A DNA stretch of 39,852 nt from IMG/VR virus record IMGVR_UViG_3300029442_000012, positions 1 through 39,852 of that record; one strand, 5' to 3'. The stretch's first letter is position 1. Each line of letters begins with the position of its first letter. This DNA is from a virus. Its lineage: Duplodnaviria; Caudoviricetes. Under the pieces are notes generated by a model. It was not told the DNA's origin. It worked only from the letters and a program-made list of their open reading frames with translations, and searched no databases. Below are positions 10,701 through 19,190 of this stretch, piece after piece. The position numbers and the translations under genes are program-made.

Positions 10701-13700
10701 TTGGATGTCGTTAGTTGTTGAGGCGCCGAACTACCTGATGAAGATAGGCCAAATGCATTAGAAATGCTCGTAAGCATCGGCAGGCTTGACCCACCATTGA
10801 TGTAATTTTTTATTGGATTTATCACCGCGAGCTTGAGTAGTTCCTGCGTGATCTCCGACTGGATGCCCTGGAGGATGCTCTTGAAGTTGATCGCGGCGCC
10901 GTTGCCCTGGGTAAACGCCTGGGTAATCGCCGTGCCCATGCGGTCGAAGACCTGATCGCCGAACTTGCCCAGTTCGTCGAGGGCGGCTTTCTGCTGCTCG
11001 TAGGCGATGGTCTGGTTCGCGATGGCGTCGGCGCGGGCGAGTTCGTCCTCGTAGACCTTGCGGATTTCGGGATTCAGGTCAGCAATAGCACCATACTGGT
11101 CCCTGTACCATTTCGTTACATCGTTCTCGGCCTTCGCACGCTTGGCCGCGTCCTCGCCCATGCCGAGATAGGACATATTCTGGTTCGCAGCGTTCATCTG
11201 CTGCATTTGGGCGTAGCGGTGCTGCTCGGCGGTCAGCAACTGTTTCGACGCATCAGCCTCGCGCATCGCGGCATCAATGCTCGCCTTCTGCTCATCCGTC
11301 TTGCCGACAGAGGCAAGCGCAATGGCCTTCTCAAGCTCGACCCGGTGGACTTCGGCGACGTTGCCGGTGGCCCAGGCATCGGCCAGCTTCTTCTCTGCAT
11401 CGGCCTGGGCAAGAATACGGGCGGTGGCGTCTTCGCCTTTGGAAGATGGCGATTTGTCGGCTTCCCTCCGATCATCCCTAGCGTTCTGTATTCCCTGCTG
11501 CGAAGCCGTCAGCCTGTCGATAGAACTCCCGAGAACCTGCGCGGTTTCAGGTCTTCTCCCGTGCGTCTGCTGGAGAACGGACATTTCACGGCGGTACTTA
11601 TCGACCAATTCGTCCTGATGCTTACGCTCAGCATCTGCGATCTTTTCGTTAATATCCGCCTGAGCGTTATTGTATTCGGCAGCGTCTCGCGCCGCATTGG
11701 CTTGTTGCTGGCGGACAATATCGGCTTGGGCGTTGACGAATTGATCCTTCGTAACCCCCCCGGTCCTTACGGAAGGATCGCTCTCATACTTTTTCCTCGC
11801 AGCGTCCATCGCGTCAAATATCTGGCGCTCTTCTCCTGGGGCAACAAACCCTGACATGGTATTGTGGGAAAGTTCCTGCCGAAGCGCACTGAACGCCGTC
11901 TGAGCGCTGTTAGCCTTGTCGGCAAGTGCTCCGAGCGTTTGATAAAGGGATTGCGCCTGCCTTTCATAGTTTAATGTATCACCACCAACATTCCTGACTG
12001 ATTCCCCATATCGTTCGTTCTCATCAAGAGCGCGCTGCGTTGCATCAATCTGGCCCTGAATTGCCCGCTGCTGTTGCTCAAACGGCATAGCTTGATTGGC
12101 GAGCGCCATTCCGGCGCTGATTTGCCGATTGGCCGATGCGAGATCAGCGCGCGACTGCGCATCAGCCTCTTGCTTTTGGGCCTGTTGCAGCTTGGCATTA
12201 AGGGCCGCGATCTGCTCAGGCGATGATTCGCCACCGAGGCTACTTGGCGTTTTCGCCGCCGCGATGCGATCACTGATCTGGGACGATGTTTCCGACGATG
12301 AAGACTTTCCGATATTACCCGCCGCGTCATAGTAAAACTTCCACGCCTCAGCAGCATCACGTAACCGGCGGCCAACCCAGTTTAGCCCTTCATCCGCCAG
12401 CCCTTTGTATTGGGTGTTGAGCTTGCTCGCCAATTCGGCTTGCGCGCCCTCAAGGTTTCCAGCTTCCTGAAGTCTGTGGATAAACTCGACTTCTGAATAG
12501 CCAAGAATATGATAAGCGTCGTCGAGCTTTTTAGCTGCCGCCGCCGGATTCTCGAACATTTTGACCAGGGCTTTGCCGGCTTCCTCTGCATCCTGTCCGG
12601 TAACAGCCGCGTAGTTGGCCGTCAGGCCCATGATATTCTGGAGCGCGGCCGGGCCGATGTTCCCCTGATTCATCGCGTCGTTTGCGATGGCTCGATAGTT
12701 GCTCGACGCCACATGAGACGATGCGGATACCGCCATCTGGTCAATCTGTCCGGCGGTCAGCCCGACCCCGCCGCCAGATGCCTTAAGCGCAATCTTCAAC
12801 TCGGTCATCTGCCGCCCAGTCTGGGCGGCGGCGGCTCCGATAGTCGCCAGCGTGGCAACGGCGGCGACGCCTGTGCCTGCGAGCAATCCGAAGGCCCCAG
12901 CCGATATCTCCGTGGCGGCTGCCATTGCCTCTACGGCATTGGTGAGGCTAAATCCACGCTCTGCTAACAAAACGAACAGCGATCCAGGGATGCGCGCGTC
13001 TTGCCCAGTCCCAAACTCATGCAAGATGACCATCATCTCGCGAATCTGTCCGCCATTCAGCGCGTAGGACTTCGTTAATTCATCAACGGCAGCTTTATGA
13101 TTCCCTACAGCAGTAGTGTTTTCCTTATATCCGTCAAGCGTCTCTTTTATGCTCTTCTTCCTGTTGTCGAATTGGCTCTGAGCAAGGGCGTCAAGCTCTT
13201 TCTCGGTGGCCTTCCGCGATCCAGCGGATGTCTTCCAAAGATCGCCTTGCTCCTTTTGCCACGACGCTGCGTCAGCCTGCTGCTTGCGCACGAATGCCTG
13301 ATATTCCTCGCGCTCCTGATTTCTTTTCGATAGATTAGAGCCATCATCGCCAGCAGACAACTTCTGGGTATTAAACGATTTATTAAGCGCGTGCGCCTCA
13401 TTTAAAGTTGCTTTGTAGTCAGCCAAATACTGCCGATCAATAGACTTGTTTATTTGGACAGCTTCGGCGTGGGCGCGGTTTACACTTTTTTCAAACTCCT
13501 TATCGGCATCCGCCATCTGGGATAACTGAGACCGCCACGAGCTGAAAATCGCGTCGTTCTCTCGCTGTTGATTAGCCAGTGAACTCTTGACCCAGTTCAC
13601 GCCTCCGGTTTGAGATAGCGACTGGTCGGCCCGCATATCGGCGCCGCCGAACCGAGCGGCATTGCGAGCGGAATTAATCGTTCTTGCAGCTTCGGATTCA

Positions 13701-14293
13701 GCCGCGACTTCTTGCCTCGTCGCTTCGATGCGGTTGTCACGTTCAGCTTTGCGTGATGTTTCCTCGGCTAAACGCAGCGCCTGCCGTTGTGCCCGAAGGT
13801 CACGCTCCAGCCCAAGCATTGCGGCGGCATTGGCGTTCTCTTCAAGGACACGCTGTTTTCCGAGTTCAGTCTCGGCCTTCATGTCGGTAAGTGCGGCCTT
13901 CGACGACTGGGATATAGCTTCCTGCGCGGCTTTTTGAGCAACAGCTGCCTGATTTGCAGCGGTTCCTTGCTGCGCTATAACCTCAAGCAAGCCTTTGAGC
14001 GCAGTCGTCTGAGAATTGATGGCGCCCGTGATCTGACCGGAACTGGCCGTGAACCGCTGACCAAGCTGATCAATCGACTGCGACACCTGCTGTATCGACC
14101 CATTCAGCCGGTCGAACTGCTGAGAGATGCCGCCGAAGCTATCGCCGCCGCGCCATGCTTGGCTGATCTTGCCGGTGATATCGAGAGCGCCGCTGCCCTG
14201 CGTCGAAAGCCGGGAGAGGGCGTCGGAGAGCGCATTGACGCTCTGAACCGCACCATCGGCTTGAACGCCAATCGCAAGCGTAATGTCGGACAT
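7715..14293 (-). CDS. Tail tape measure protein (2192 aa)
   Basis: Very long, Ala/Gln-rich and helical; lambda-like 'GLTAGQI...ALVKMFENP' segment; C-terminal 'FASGG...VGERGPE'; follows the chaperone pair. Confidence 0.92.
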   Translation of the reverse strand: MSDITLAIGVQADGAVQSVNALSDALSRLSTQGSGALDITGKISQAWRGGDSFGGISQQFDRLNGSIQQVSQSIDQLGQRFTASSGQITGAINSQTTALKGLLEVIAQQGTAANQAAVAQKAAQEAISQSSKAALTDMKAETELGKQRVLEENANAAAMLGLERDLRAQRQALRLAEETSRKAERDNRIEATRQEVAAESEAARTINSARNAARFGGADMRADQSLSQTGGVNWVKSSLANQQRENDAIFSSWRSQLSQMADADKEFEKSVNRAHAEAVQINKSIDRQYLADYKATLNEAHALNKSFNTQKLSAGDDGSNLSKRNQEREEYQAFVRKQQADAASWQKEQGDLWKTSAGSRKATEKELDALAQSQFDNRKKSIKETLDGYKENTTAVGNHKAAVDELTKSYALNGGQIREMMVILHEFGTGQDARIPGSLFVLLAERGFSLTNAVEAMAAATEISAGAFGLLAGTGVAAVATLATIGAAAAQTGRQMTELKIALKASGGGVGLTAGQIDQMAVSASSHVASSNYRAIANDAMNQGNIGPAALQNIMGLTANYAAVTGQDAEEAGKALVKMFENPAAAAKKLDDAYHILGYSEVEFIHRLQEAGNLEGAQAELASKLNTQYKGLADEGLNWVGRRLRDAAEAWKFYYDAAGNIGKSSSSETSSQISDRIAAAKTPSSLGGESSPEQIAALNAKLQQAQKQEADAQSRADLASANRQISAGMALANQAMPFEQQQRAIQGQIDATQRALDENERYGESVRNVGGDTLNYERQAQSLYQTLGALADKANSAQTAFSALRQELSHNTMSGFVAPGEERQIFDAMDAARKKYESDPSVRTGGVTKDQFVNAQADIVRQQQANAARDAAEYNNAQADINEKIADAERKHQDELVDKYRREMSVLQQTHGRRPETAQVLGSSIDRLTASQQGIQNARDDRREADKSPSSKGEDATARILAQADAEKKLADAWATGNVAEVHRVELEKAIALASVGKTDEQKASIDAAMREADASKQLLTAEQHRYAQMQQMNAANQNMSYLGMGEDAAKRAKAENDVTKWYRDQYGAIADLNPEIRKVYEDELARADAIANQTIAYEQQKAALDELGKFGDQVFDRMGTAITQAFTQGNGAAINFKSILQGIQSEITQELLKLAVINPIKNYINGGSSLPMLTSISNAFGLSSSGSSAPQQLTTSNFFSQSPNVANSNGSYGGYNPGIQVVGGSTPGMLTSATTASSGSGVMGQLNNLASMASIGEKVSNFFSNGYTGSWLQGIFGGGSAASYSASDSAVLGNLTGAISETGATDMTAGMVTPASAGGGFMSGAGGSTAAETATGTMAGAGMSSYLPYAGAAINSITNFSQGNTGAGIGSLVGGIAGAYFGPIGSMAGSMIGGMIGGLFDGGSEHGPAATGSIETGGATHGMNSPVNGNQDAAWNADAGRLIGVTSSSQLDPNTWYANTNSESVRGGDGGSMSSLAKSTADSLNAFMAQYNLTMTKQASALMISGDNSNPGYGSTDALMMALANNKMMAGSGDVGQVMQAGGWKDTKTLQAALQAASGVDTSYKALNENSYQQKQDQLDQQFAAQKAQATQYGYSTDQLTAIYNQNTLYNNQDQAAAANSNSAALASRAAALTGGSLDTTAASLKASQAEEMLKAQRDHTTDTTKLAAVQDQEYAQTMADAAAKLQTVQTTLAAKGMADLGQVVNAAWAQIAQQGYNTVLDAAKNGQDVSQASAIAAVDAAKAQLQAVISSAQSQISVLQTELQQSGSLRDAVTSMQDSRLTPQQAYDTAISRFQTTLTAAQGGNLDALGKVTAYGQAAVNAESTVYGGTQTTVFDQVTTGLAGLADQIDAQNGIQYDAAMAQLNALQTIALNTQKQLTASTDSVSALQGYEATATAAYAQATAQLASMAGTFSSAVSTIPALTAAVNTVAQISAGVSSVVTSALSGGSSSSGSGGAGSSSSAPAWASQIDLSAYNTSGAAANINAFRTSDNPQQYGLLYDMISGSNNATTAGSKYDFGTQSVAYQAYNAAVSPNAYQSALLTTVGNALYGSVPSGAQIGALYYLLLNGPSSKPGVNKSDFSSNEAILGISGFASGGDFGGGLRIVGERGPELEATGPARIWNADQTRRIVGGDNSDLLAELQALRAEVAALRQATAAGAMHVADTVSAGNNRLATAAEHAAYQPRAVAA

Positions 14294-14322
14294 GGGCGCC
14301 TCGGGGGAATTGGGTGCCGGCG

Positions 14323-14679
14323 TTAAGCGGCCGGCTGCGCTTTCTTTTCCTGACGGGCAGCAATGGCGGCGCGGAAGTCTTCATCCGCTGCCATCACCAG
14401 CCGGCAGAAATGGTCGATGTCATGCCGCCCCCTCAGTCCGAGGTGCCGCGCATAACGGCGCACGGCATCCCAGGGGATCGGGAGCATTCCGCCCATTGAG
14501 GCGGGTCGGCATGTCGAGAGGGTGTGGAATGCCGTCCAATAGACCTGGAGGGCTTCCGGGAGGCGGGGCTTATTCGCCAGCGCCTCGGGAACTTCGCCGC
14601 TGCTGACGACGATCTCGTGGAAAAAACTTAGCTGCTCGCACCACTCTCCATACCAGCGGGCGAGGTCACGGAGTTTTTT
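14323..14679 (-). CDS. Tail assembly chaperone, frameshifted C-terminal part (gpT-like)
   Basis: The -1 frame continues from A AAA AAC (14679-14673): 'KKLRDLARWYG...WTAFHTLSTCRPASMGG.PIPWDAV'. Confidence 0.8.
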   Translation of the reverse strand, partial: KKLRDLARWYGEWCEQLSFFHEIVVSSGEVPEALANKPRLPEALQVYWTAFHTLSTCRPASMGGMLPIPWDAVRRYARHLGLRGRHDIDHFCRLVMAADEDFRAAIAARQEKKAQPAA

Positions 14680-15086
14680 TCCGCAGCGCCCGCCGAGTAT
14701 TTCAGGAACAGCGACTGCTCCTGGCTCTTGGCGGTGACGATCTGGCGGAACGAGATCATTTCCTCGTCGGCCAGCAGGTCGGCGGCCGCGTCGACGCTGT
14801 AGGGGATGGCCGCGCCGTCTTCGTCGGTGACGCCGGCCCAGCCTACCAGCACGCCTTCGGCCAGAGCGCGCGACTGGGCGCGTTTCCACTCGGCGTCGGG
14901 GATTTTACCGCCGGCTTCGAGCAATGCCTTGTACGGCTCGCGGGCGCGTTCCAGTGCGGCTTCATGCTTCGGGTTGAGGAAGCGGGCGATGGTGACGGTG
15001 ATGCCGTCGCCAAGGTCGGCGGTAACGCCAGTCTCGGCCTTGGTCAGGTCGAGCGCGAAACGGCGCCTCAGGTTCGAAATGCTCAT
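14628..15086 (-). CDS. Tail assembly chaperone (gpG-like)
   Basis: 'LVGWAGVTDEDGAAIPYS' motif; lies between tail tube and TMP; AAAGGA RBS upstream; slippery heptamer near the 3' end. Confidence 0.85.
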   Translation of the reverse strand: MSISNLRRRFALDLTKAETGVTADLGDGITVTIARFLNPKHEAALERAREPYKALLEAGGKIPDAEWKRAQSRALAEGVLVGWAGVTDEDGAAIPYSVDAAADLLADEEMISFRQIVTAKSQEQSLFLKYSAGAAEKNSVTSPAGMESGASS

Positions 15087-15211
15087 GTTGAATTGCATCC
15101 TTTGTCGGAAGGAATTAGCGCAGGCGGGGACCGACACCCCCGCCTGCTGTTCGCGCGAACCCTGCCGTCCTTTCGGACGTTGGGGCCGGTGTCGGCCGGT
15201 ATTCGTCAAGA

Positions 15212-16651
15212 TCAGGCGCCGTAAACAGCGAGGCGGTCGATCTGGAACATGCAGTTGGTGAGGGTGTCGAGCTTGGCGGCAGCGGTCATGCCCAAGATGC
15301 AATCCTGGTTGACCGAGCCGGCATTGACCGAGCACGACGTGTACTTCACCGCCGGGAAGGTGAACAGGTAGGCATTGCCCGCCGTGTCTTGGATGGCGGT
15401 GGAGAACGACGACTGGGTGCTGTTGATGAACTTGTCGTAAATGGCCGTGCCGGTGCCAGTCACGAGGTACATGTTGAACTGCAACGTCGCTTCGAACTGC
15501 CCGACACCGATACCGGCATTGCCGAGTGTGCCGACCGCCTTCTGAGCCCGCAGGTTGTTGTTCAGGTTGGCGGTGAAGTCCTGGATTTTGCCGGAGGCGG
15601 CGCCGCCCTCGTAAACCCGGACCACGTTGGAAGCCGCGTTGAACACGCTGTTCGTCGGCGCGGCGGTGTAGGCGCCGGTCGAGAGCGAGGCCGCATTGCG
15701 GGTGGTCGAGAGGCCCATGAAGTTGATGTTGCTGTCCAGCAGGGCGCCGACCTTGAAGGCGATGCTGGCAGTGTTCGGGTACATGCCGGAGAAGTCGAAA
15801 TACCCGTTCGTAACGTCGGTGTGCGCCCGCTCCAGGGTGAACGCGGTCTGCGTGGTGCCGTTGCAGATGTAGTCGCAGAACTGAATGCGGATCAACTTGC
15901 CGGTGCCGGCATCGACGCCCCAGCCGGTGGGCAGGTTGTCAAGGGTCAGCGCATGGGCCGCGATGGCGGTGATGCGGGCAAAGCCGTTGTTGGCCGCGTT
16001 GATGGCGAACTGGTTGGCCGCAAGCGCGCCGCCGAGCTTGAGCCACTGACCGACCGCGAGGCCGAGGGTGGTGAAGTCAAGAGTGGTGCTGGCGAGGCCG
16101 TTGCTGGTGGCGGTGATGTCGCCGCTGGCGCCCTGGATGCCGATAACTTCGAGCGTCTTGCCGGTGCCGCTGGATTCGATGGTGAGCGGGGTGCCGGTGA
16201 CGGTGATGGTGGTACCCGAAGAGGCGGTGACGACGTTAACGCCGTTGTTTCCGGCAGTCGTCCAGCCCTTGGAATAGACCAGAGAGTTGACCACCGCAGC
16301 GGTGCCGCCCGAGGCCACGGTGAAGACGCTGGAGCTGGTCACGCTGGCGCCGGTCAGGAAGTTGGCCGGGCCGCTCCAGGTCAGCGCGTTCTGGAGCACA
16401 GCCGCCCAGAAGTCATCCACCGCGCCGTAGCTGACTTCGAGGTCAAGCGCGCCGCCGGGCGACTGATCGGTGAGGATTTGGTCGGGAATCTGGCGGTCGG
16501 CGCGGAACTCGCCCGACTTGATGTAGGTCAGGTTCGGGTTGAGGCTCTGGCCCTTCACCCGCATCTGCTGGAAGCTGATCGTGGGAACGGTGCCGGGGGT
16601 GACTTCCGCACCGTAGGCCATGTTGATGAGGTTCGTAACGGCGAAGGCCAT
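15212..16651 (-). CDS. Major tail tube protein
   Basis: 'YGAEVTPGT', 'SGEFRADRQI', 'AFTLER', 'NNNLR...GTLG', 'QDTAGNAYLFTFP'; position. Confidence 0.85.
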   Translation of the reverse strand: MAFAVTNLINMAYGAEVTPGTVPTISFQQMRVKGQSLNPNLTYIKSGEFRADRQIPDQILTDQSPGGALDLEVSYGAVDDFWAAVLQNALTWSGPANFLTGASVTSSSVFTVASGGTAAVVNSLVYSKGWTTAGNNGVNVVTASSGTTITVTGTPLTIESSGTGKTLEVIGIQGASGDITATSNGLASTTLDFTTLGLAVGQWLKLGGALAANQFAINAANNGFARITAIAAHALTLDNLPTGWGVDAGTGKLIRIQFCDYICNGTTQTAFTLERAHTDVTNGYFDFSGMYPNTASIAFKVGALLDSNINFMGLSTTRNAASLSTGAYTAAPTNSVFNAASNVVRVYEGGAASGKIQDFTANLNNNLRAQKAVGTLGNAGIGVGQFEATLQFNMYLVTGTGTAIYDKFINSTQSSFSTAIQDTAGNAYLFTFPAVKYTSCSVNAGSVNQDCILGMTAAAKLDTLTNCMFQIDRLAVYGA

Positions 16652-16669
16652 CGTACAGTCCTTTCAAGC

Positions 16670-16694
16670 AAAAGAGCCGGGCGATGGCCCGGTT
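16670..16694 (-). terminator. Putative intrinsic terminator/hairpin
   Basis: CCGGGC-CATC-GCCCGG followed by CTCTTTT on the minus strand. Confidence 0.4.
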
Positions 16695-16723
16695 GATGTG
16701 GTTTCAGCGGTGGGGTGATTGGG

Positions 16724-17161
16724 TTACTGGAAGCCGTCAGCCCAGAAAGTGAACATGACGGTTCCGGTCAGGTAGCCGTTGCGCGGGGCAGCCGGCGGAA
16801 CTGAGGTCGAGGTGACGCGGATGTGGCAACCGGCCCCGTCGAAGACTTGGCCCTCGAAGATGGCGCGGGCCGCGTCGATGAGTTGGTCGCACAGCGAAGT
16901 GCCAATCCCCATCGGAGTGTTGGCGTAAATCGTGATGCTGCTGTTGGACCGGAATGCTCGGTCGCCCTGGCCGGTCGAGCCAAAGCCAACTTGGTTGATG
17001 CCGCCGATCTTGATGTACAGCTCGAACCATGGCGCGCCGCCGAGCGTGGCCGGCTCTTCCGGGTATTGCTCAAAGAAGATGTTGGCGGCCGGGACAGCCG
17101 TCATCAGCAGCGCGAACCGGTCTCGGATCGTCTGCTTGATGTCGTCGGTGGAGAGGGGCAT
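16724..17161 (-). CDS. Tail terminator-like protein
   Basis: 145 aa before the tube gene; 'PMGIGT...LIDAARAIFEGQ' pattern. Confidence 0.7.
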   Translation of the reverse strand: MPLSTDDIKQTIRDRFALLMTAVPAANIFFEQYPEEPATLGGAPWFELYIKIGGINQVGFGSTGQGDRAFRSNSSITIYANTPMGIGTSLCDQLIDAARAIFEGQVFDGAGCHIRVTSTSVPPAAPRNGYLTGTVMFTFWADGFQ

Positions 17162-17164
17162 GGG

Positions 17165-17674
17165 TTATCCCGTCAGCGGCCCAGCGAGGGCTTGCCAGTT
17201 GTACGGATGATGCGCCGCCGCTTCCCACGCCAGAGCGCGGGGATGTTCTGGTGAGTTTTGCTCAACCCGTTCAGCGTATGGCAAAGTAACAGATACATAG
17301 ACAACGGGAGGGCTGTCCGATGGCCGTAGCCCAAGCATTAACTGATCGGTATCTACTGGCATGTATGGGCTGTCTGGGTGCTTATTCCTTGGCCCACTCC
17401 TATCCGGAGGCCATACAATAGTTCCGTCTGCCGCATCTGGGTGTTCAGGAAGCGCGTCTAAATTTTTGCTCCCGACCCCGATAGTGACGGACCCTCTATA
17501 TCGGCCAGTCCAGTAACGGCTCGGGTTTCGAGGACTCCAAGTCGCCCGCGCCCACTGCCAAGTATACAGCGCCTCTTGCGCCACCTGGAACTGAGCCAGC
17601 GAAGGCAGGTCGGCGACCTTCTTCTGCACCCGGCCGATAGCGTTTTGCCATTCGGACGCGGTGGTGCAGAGCAT
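17165..17674 (-). CDS. Neck/tail completion protein (HK97 gp10-like position)
   Basis: 'WTGRYRGS' and 'VYVSVTLPYAERVE' resemble the PVDTG..R.S / NN.PYA..LE motifs; GAGG RBS. Confidence 0.55.
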   Translation of the reverse strand: MLCTTASEWQNAIGRVQKKVADLPSLAQFQVAQEALYTWQWARATWSPRNPSRYWTGRYRGSVTIGVGSKNLDALPEHPDAADGTIVWPPDRSGPRNKHPDSPYMPVDTDQLMLGLRPSDSPPVVYVSVTLPYAERVEQNSPEHPRALAWEAAAHHPYNWQALAGPLTG

Positions 17675-17684
17675 GGCGCCTCAC

Positions 17685-17719
17685 AAGAAAAGGCGCCCGC
17701 ATTTTCAGCGAGCGCCTTC
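17685..17719 (-). terminator. Intrinsic terminator after the Rha/antirepressor-like gene
   Basis: AAGGCGCTCGC-TGAAAAT-GCGGGCGCCTT followed by TTCTT. Confidence 0.7.
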
Positions 17720-17739
17720 TGGTTACGAACTCAGGATGG

Positions 17740-18531
17740 TTAGGCCCGGCCCTCTTGTTGAACGGTCGGCTCGGCCCCGTTGCCCCTGGACGGCACGAAC
17801 TCGGCAGCGATAGCCGCAAGCAGCGCGGCCTTGCCGGTGGGGTTCCAATGGAACTGCTCCACTTGCTTCGAGCTGTACTGCGACTTCGACATCCTGTTCT
17901 CGCCGTTCGCGGGAACCTTCAGACCGTGGCGATTGGCGATGGCTCCCGCCCGTTGCGCAGAGATACCGGCTTCCTCGGCAATCTCGGTCGTGGTGTAGGA
18001 CGCCTGCGTAAGAACCGGCTGCGGAACCAGAGCCCGGCCCAGCGCGGCCTCCGTCGCCGTCGAGATGAACGACTGCCGCGAGTTCTCGCCCAGGTTCGGC
18101 AGGACCGACATCACGGTGTTGATCAGCTTGCTGACCGCATACATCTGGCGGGCACTCATTGCCGGCGGCAGAGCGCGGGCGACCTTCGGCGGCGTCAGAC
18201 CCTTCTCGTAGGCGTCAAACCGCTCGATGATCTCGATGGTGATCTCAGTGGCGGCGGCCGTCTCGGACTTGGCGGTGATGAAGATCGCCTGCTTGCGGCT
18301 GAGGTGATATTCGGTGGCTTCCTGGCCGCGCTTCACTCTTGCCACCGTGGCAACAGTGCCAAATTCAGCGAGGGACGCCTCGTGCCGGCGGACCAGCTTG
18401 CGGATATCGATGGGATTGGAGAACCCCAGCCGTTTGGCAAGGTCGGTATCCAGGATACGCGGCTCGCCTTCGACGCAGGCAATCGGCAGGTTTACTTTTT
18501 CCCCATCGTGGGGCATTTTCGGGTCAGTCAT
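17740..18531 (-). CDS. Phage regulatory/antirepressor-like protein (Rha-like N-terminus)
   Basis: 'PRILDTDLAKRLGF...IRKLVRRH...EYHLSRKQAIFITAKSET'; C-terminal 'YTTTEIAEEAGISAQRAG..AN.HGLK...SKQVEQFHWN'; AGGAG RBS. Confidence 0.7.
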   Translation of the reverse strand: MTDPKMPHDGEKVNLPIACVEGEPRILDTDLAKRLGFSNPIDIRKLVRRHEASLAEFGTVATVARVKRGQEATEYHLSRKQAIFITAKSETAAATEITIEIIERFDAYEKGLTPPKVARALPPAMSARQMYAVSKLINTVMSVLPNLGENSRQSFISTATEAALGRALVPQPVLTQASYTTTEIAEEAGISAQRAGAIANRHGLKVPANGENRMSKSQYSSKQVEQFHWNPTGKAALLAAIAAEFVPSRGNGAEPTVQQEGRA

Positions 18532-18562
18532 CAGGGGCTCCTGTTAAGCCGTTGGTGATGAT

Positions 18563-18642
18563 GGCTCCGGCTGGTAACCGGAACCGGGGAAGAGACCGAC
18601 AACAGCGCGTTGGCCTAGGAACCTGTCGCTGTTGTCGGCCTC
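18563..18642 (-). promoter_or_regulatory. Two-hairpin structured leader of the antirepressor-like gene
   Basis: 16-bp stem 18592-18607/18627-18642 enclosing GGTTCCTAGGCC; 8-bp stem 18563-18570/18578-18585 with 7-nt loop TTACCAG. Confidence 0.6.
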
Positions 18643-18648
18643 GCCGAG

Positions 18649-18885
18649 CTATTCGCCCGGATCTCTGAGGCGGACTCCATATCCGCCGCCATTCCTCTCG
18701 ATGAACTGCACGCCAGCCGCTTCAAGAGCGGCGCGGATCGCAGCGAGATTGTTGTGTGACGGGACAGAGCGCCCCGCCTCGAAGTTTCGAATGGTGCTTT
18801 CCCCCAGGTGCGACTCTTCAGCGAGGCGCTTTTGGGGACAATCGATCAGTGCGCGTGCGGCGCGGCATTGGGCGGGCGTCATCAT
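18649..18885 (-). CDS. XRE/Cro-C1 HTH regulator (cassette 1)
   Basis: '[12 protein letters not shown]...[17 protein letters not shown]...[11 protein letters not shown]...GVRL'. Confidence 0.9.
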   Translation of the reverse strand: MMTPAQCRAARALIDCPQKRLAEESHLGESTIRNFEAGRSVPSHNNLAAIRAALEAAGVQFIERNGGGYGVRLRDPGE

Positions 18886-18891
18886 GAAAGG

Positions 18892-18989
18892 GTTGTCGCA
18901 CGGCTAACGGAAAACGTCAAGAGATAACGAAAAACATCTTGACGCCTGGTGCTGTAACGGTTATCGTTAGTTCATACCGGATAACGGTA
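18892..18989. promoter_or_regulatory. Divergent promoters with four 15-bp operator-like palindromes
   Basis: TAACG-N5-CGTTA-like sites at 18905, 18925, 18955, 18975. Rightward TTGACG(18939)-17-TATCGT; leftward TTGACG(18920)-17-GACAAC ending 6 nt before the HTH ATG. Confidence 0.7.
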
Positions 18990-19009
18990 CAGACTCACGG
19001 AGACCAACC

Positions 19010-19177
19010 ATGTTCAACCACACCGTCCTCGCCCGCCTTCGCCGGATTTTGCCGGCCACGTTCCGGGCCAATTCGTCTCAGGTCGAGATCGCCCCGCCGC
19101 TGTCCGTGCCGAGCTAGGTTCCGGCGACGCCGTGGCTGGTGGACCGTACCGGGTCCGTGTTCGTTCGCATGGCGTGA
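19010..19177 (+). pseudogene. Leader ORF (cassette 1) interrupted by an in-frame TAG
   Basis: MFNHTVLARLRRILPATFRANSSQVEIAPPLSVPS*VPATPWLVDRTGSVFVRMA. The TAG at 19115 aligns to TGG (Trp) in paralogue 20498..20695. GGAGA RBS. Confidence 0.7.
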
Positions 19178-19190
19178 GGGGGATCGAACG

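Noticed and set aside
19115-19117. Genome-wide TAG recoding
   Set aside because: TAG terminates terS, terL, the fibre gene and HTH 2 at the expected positions.
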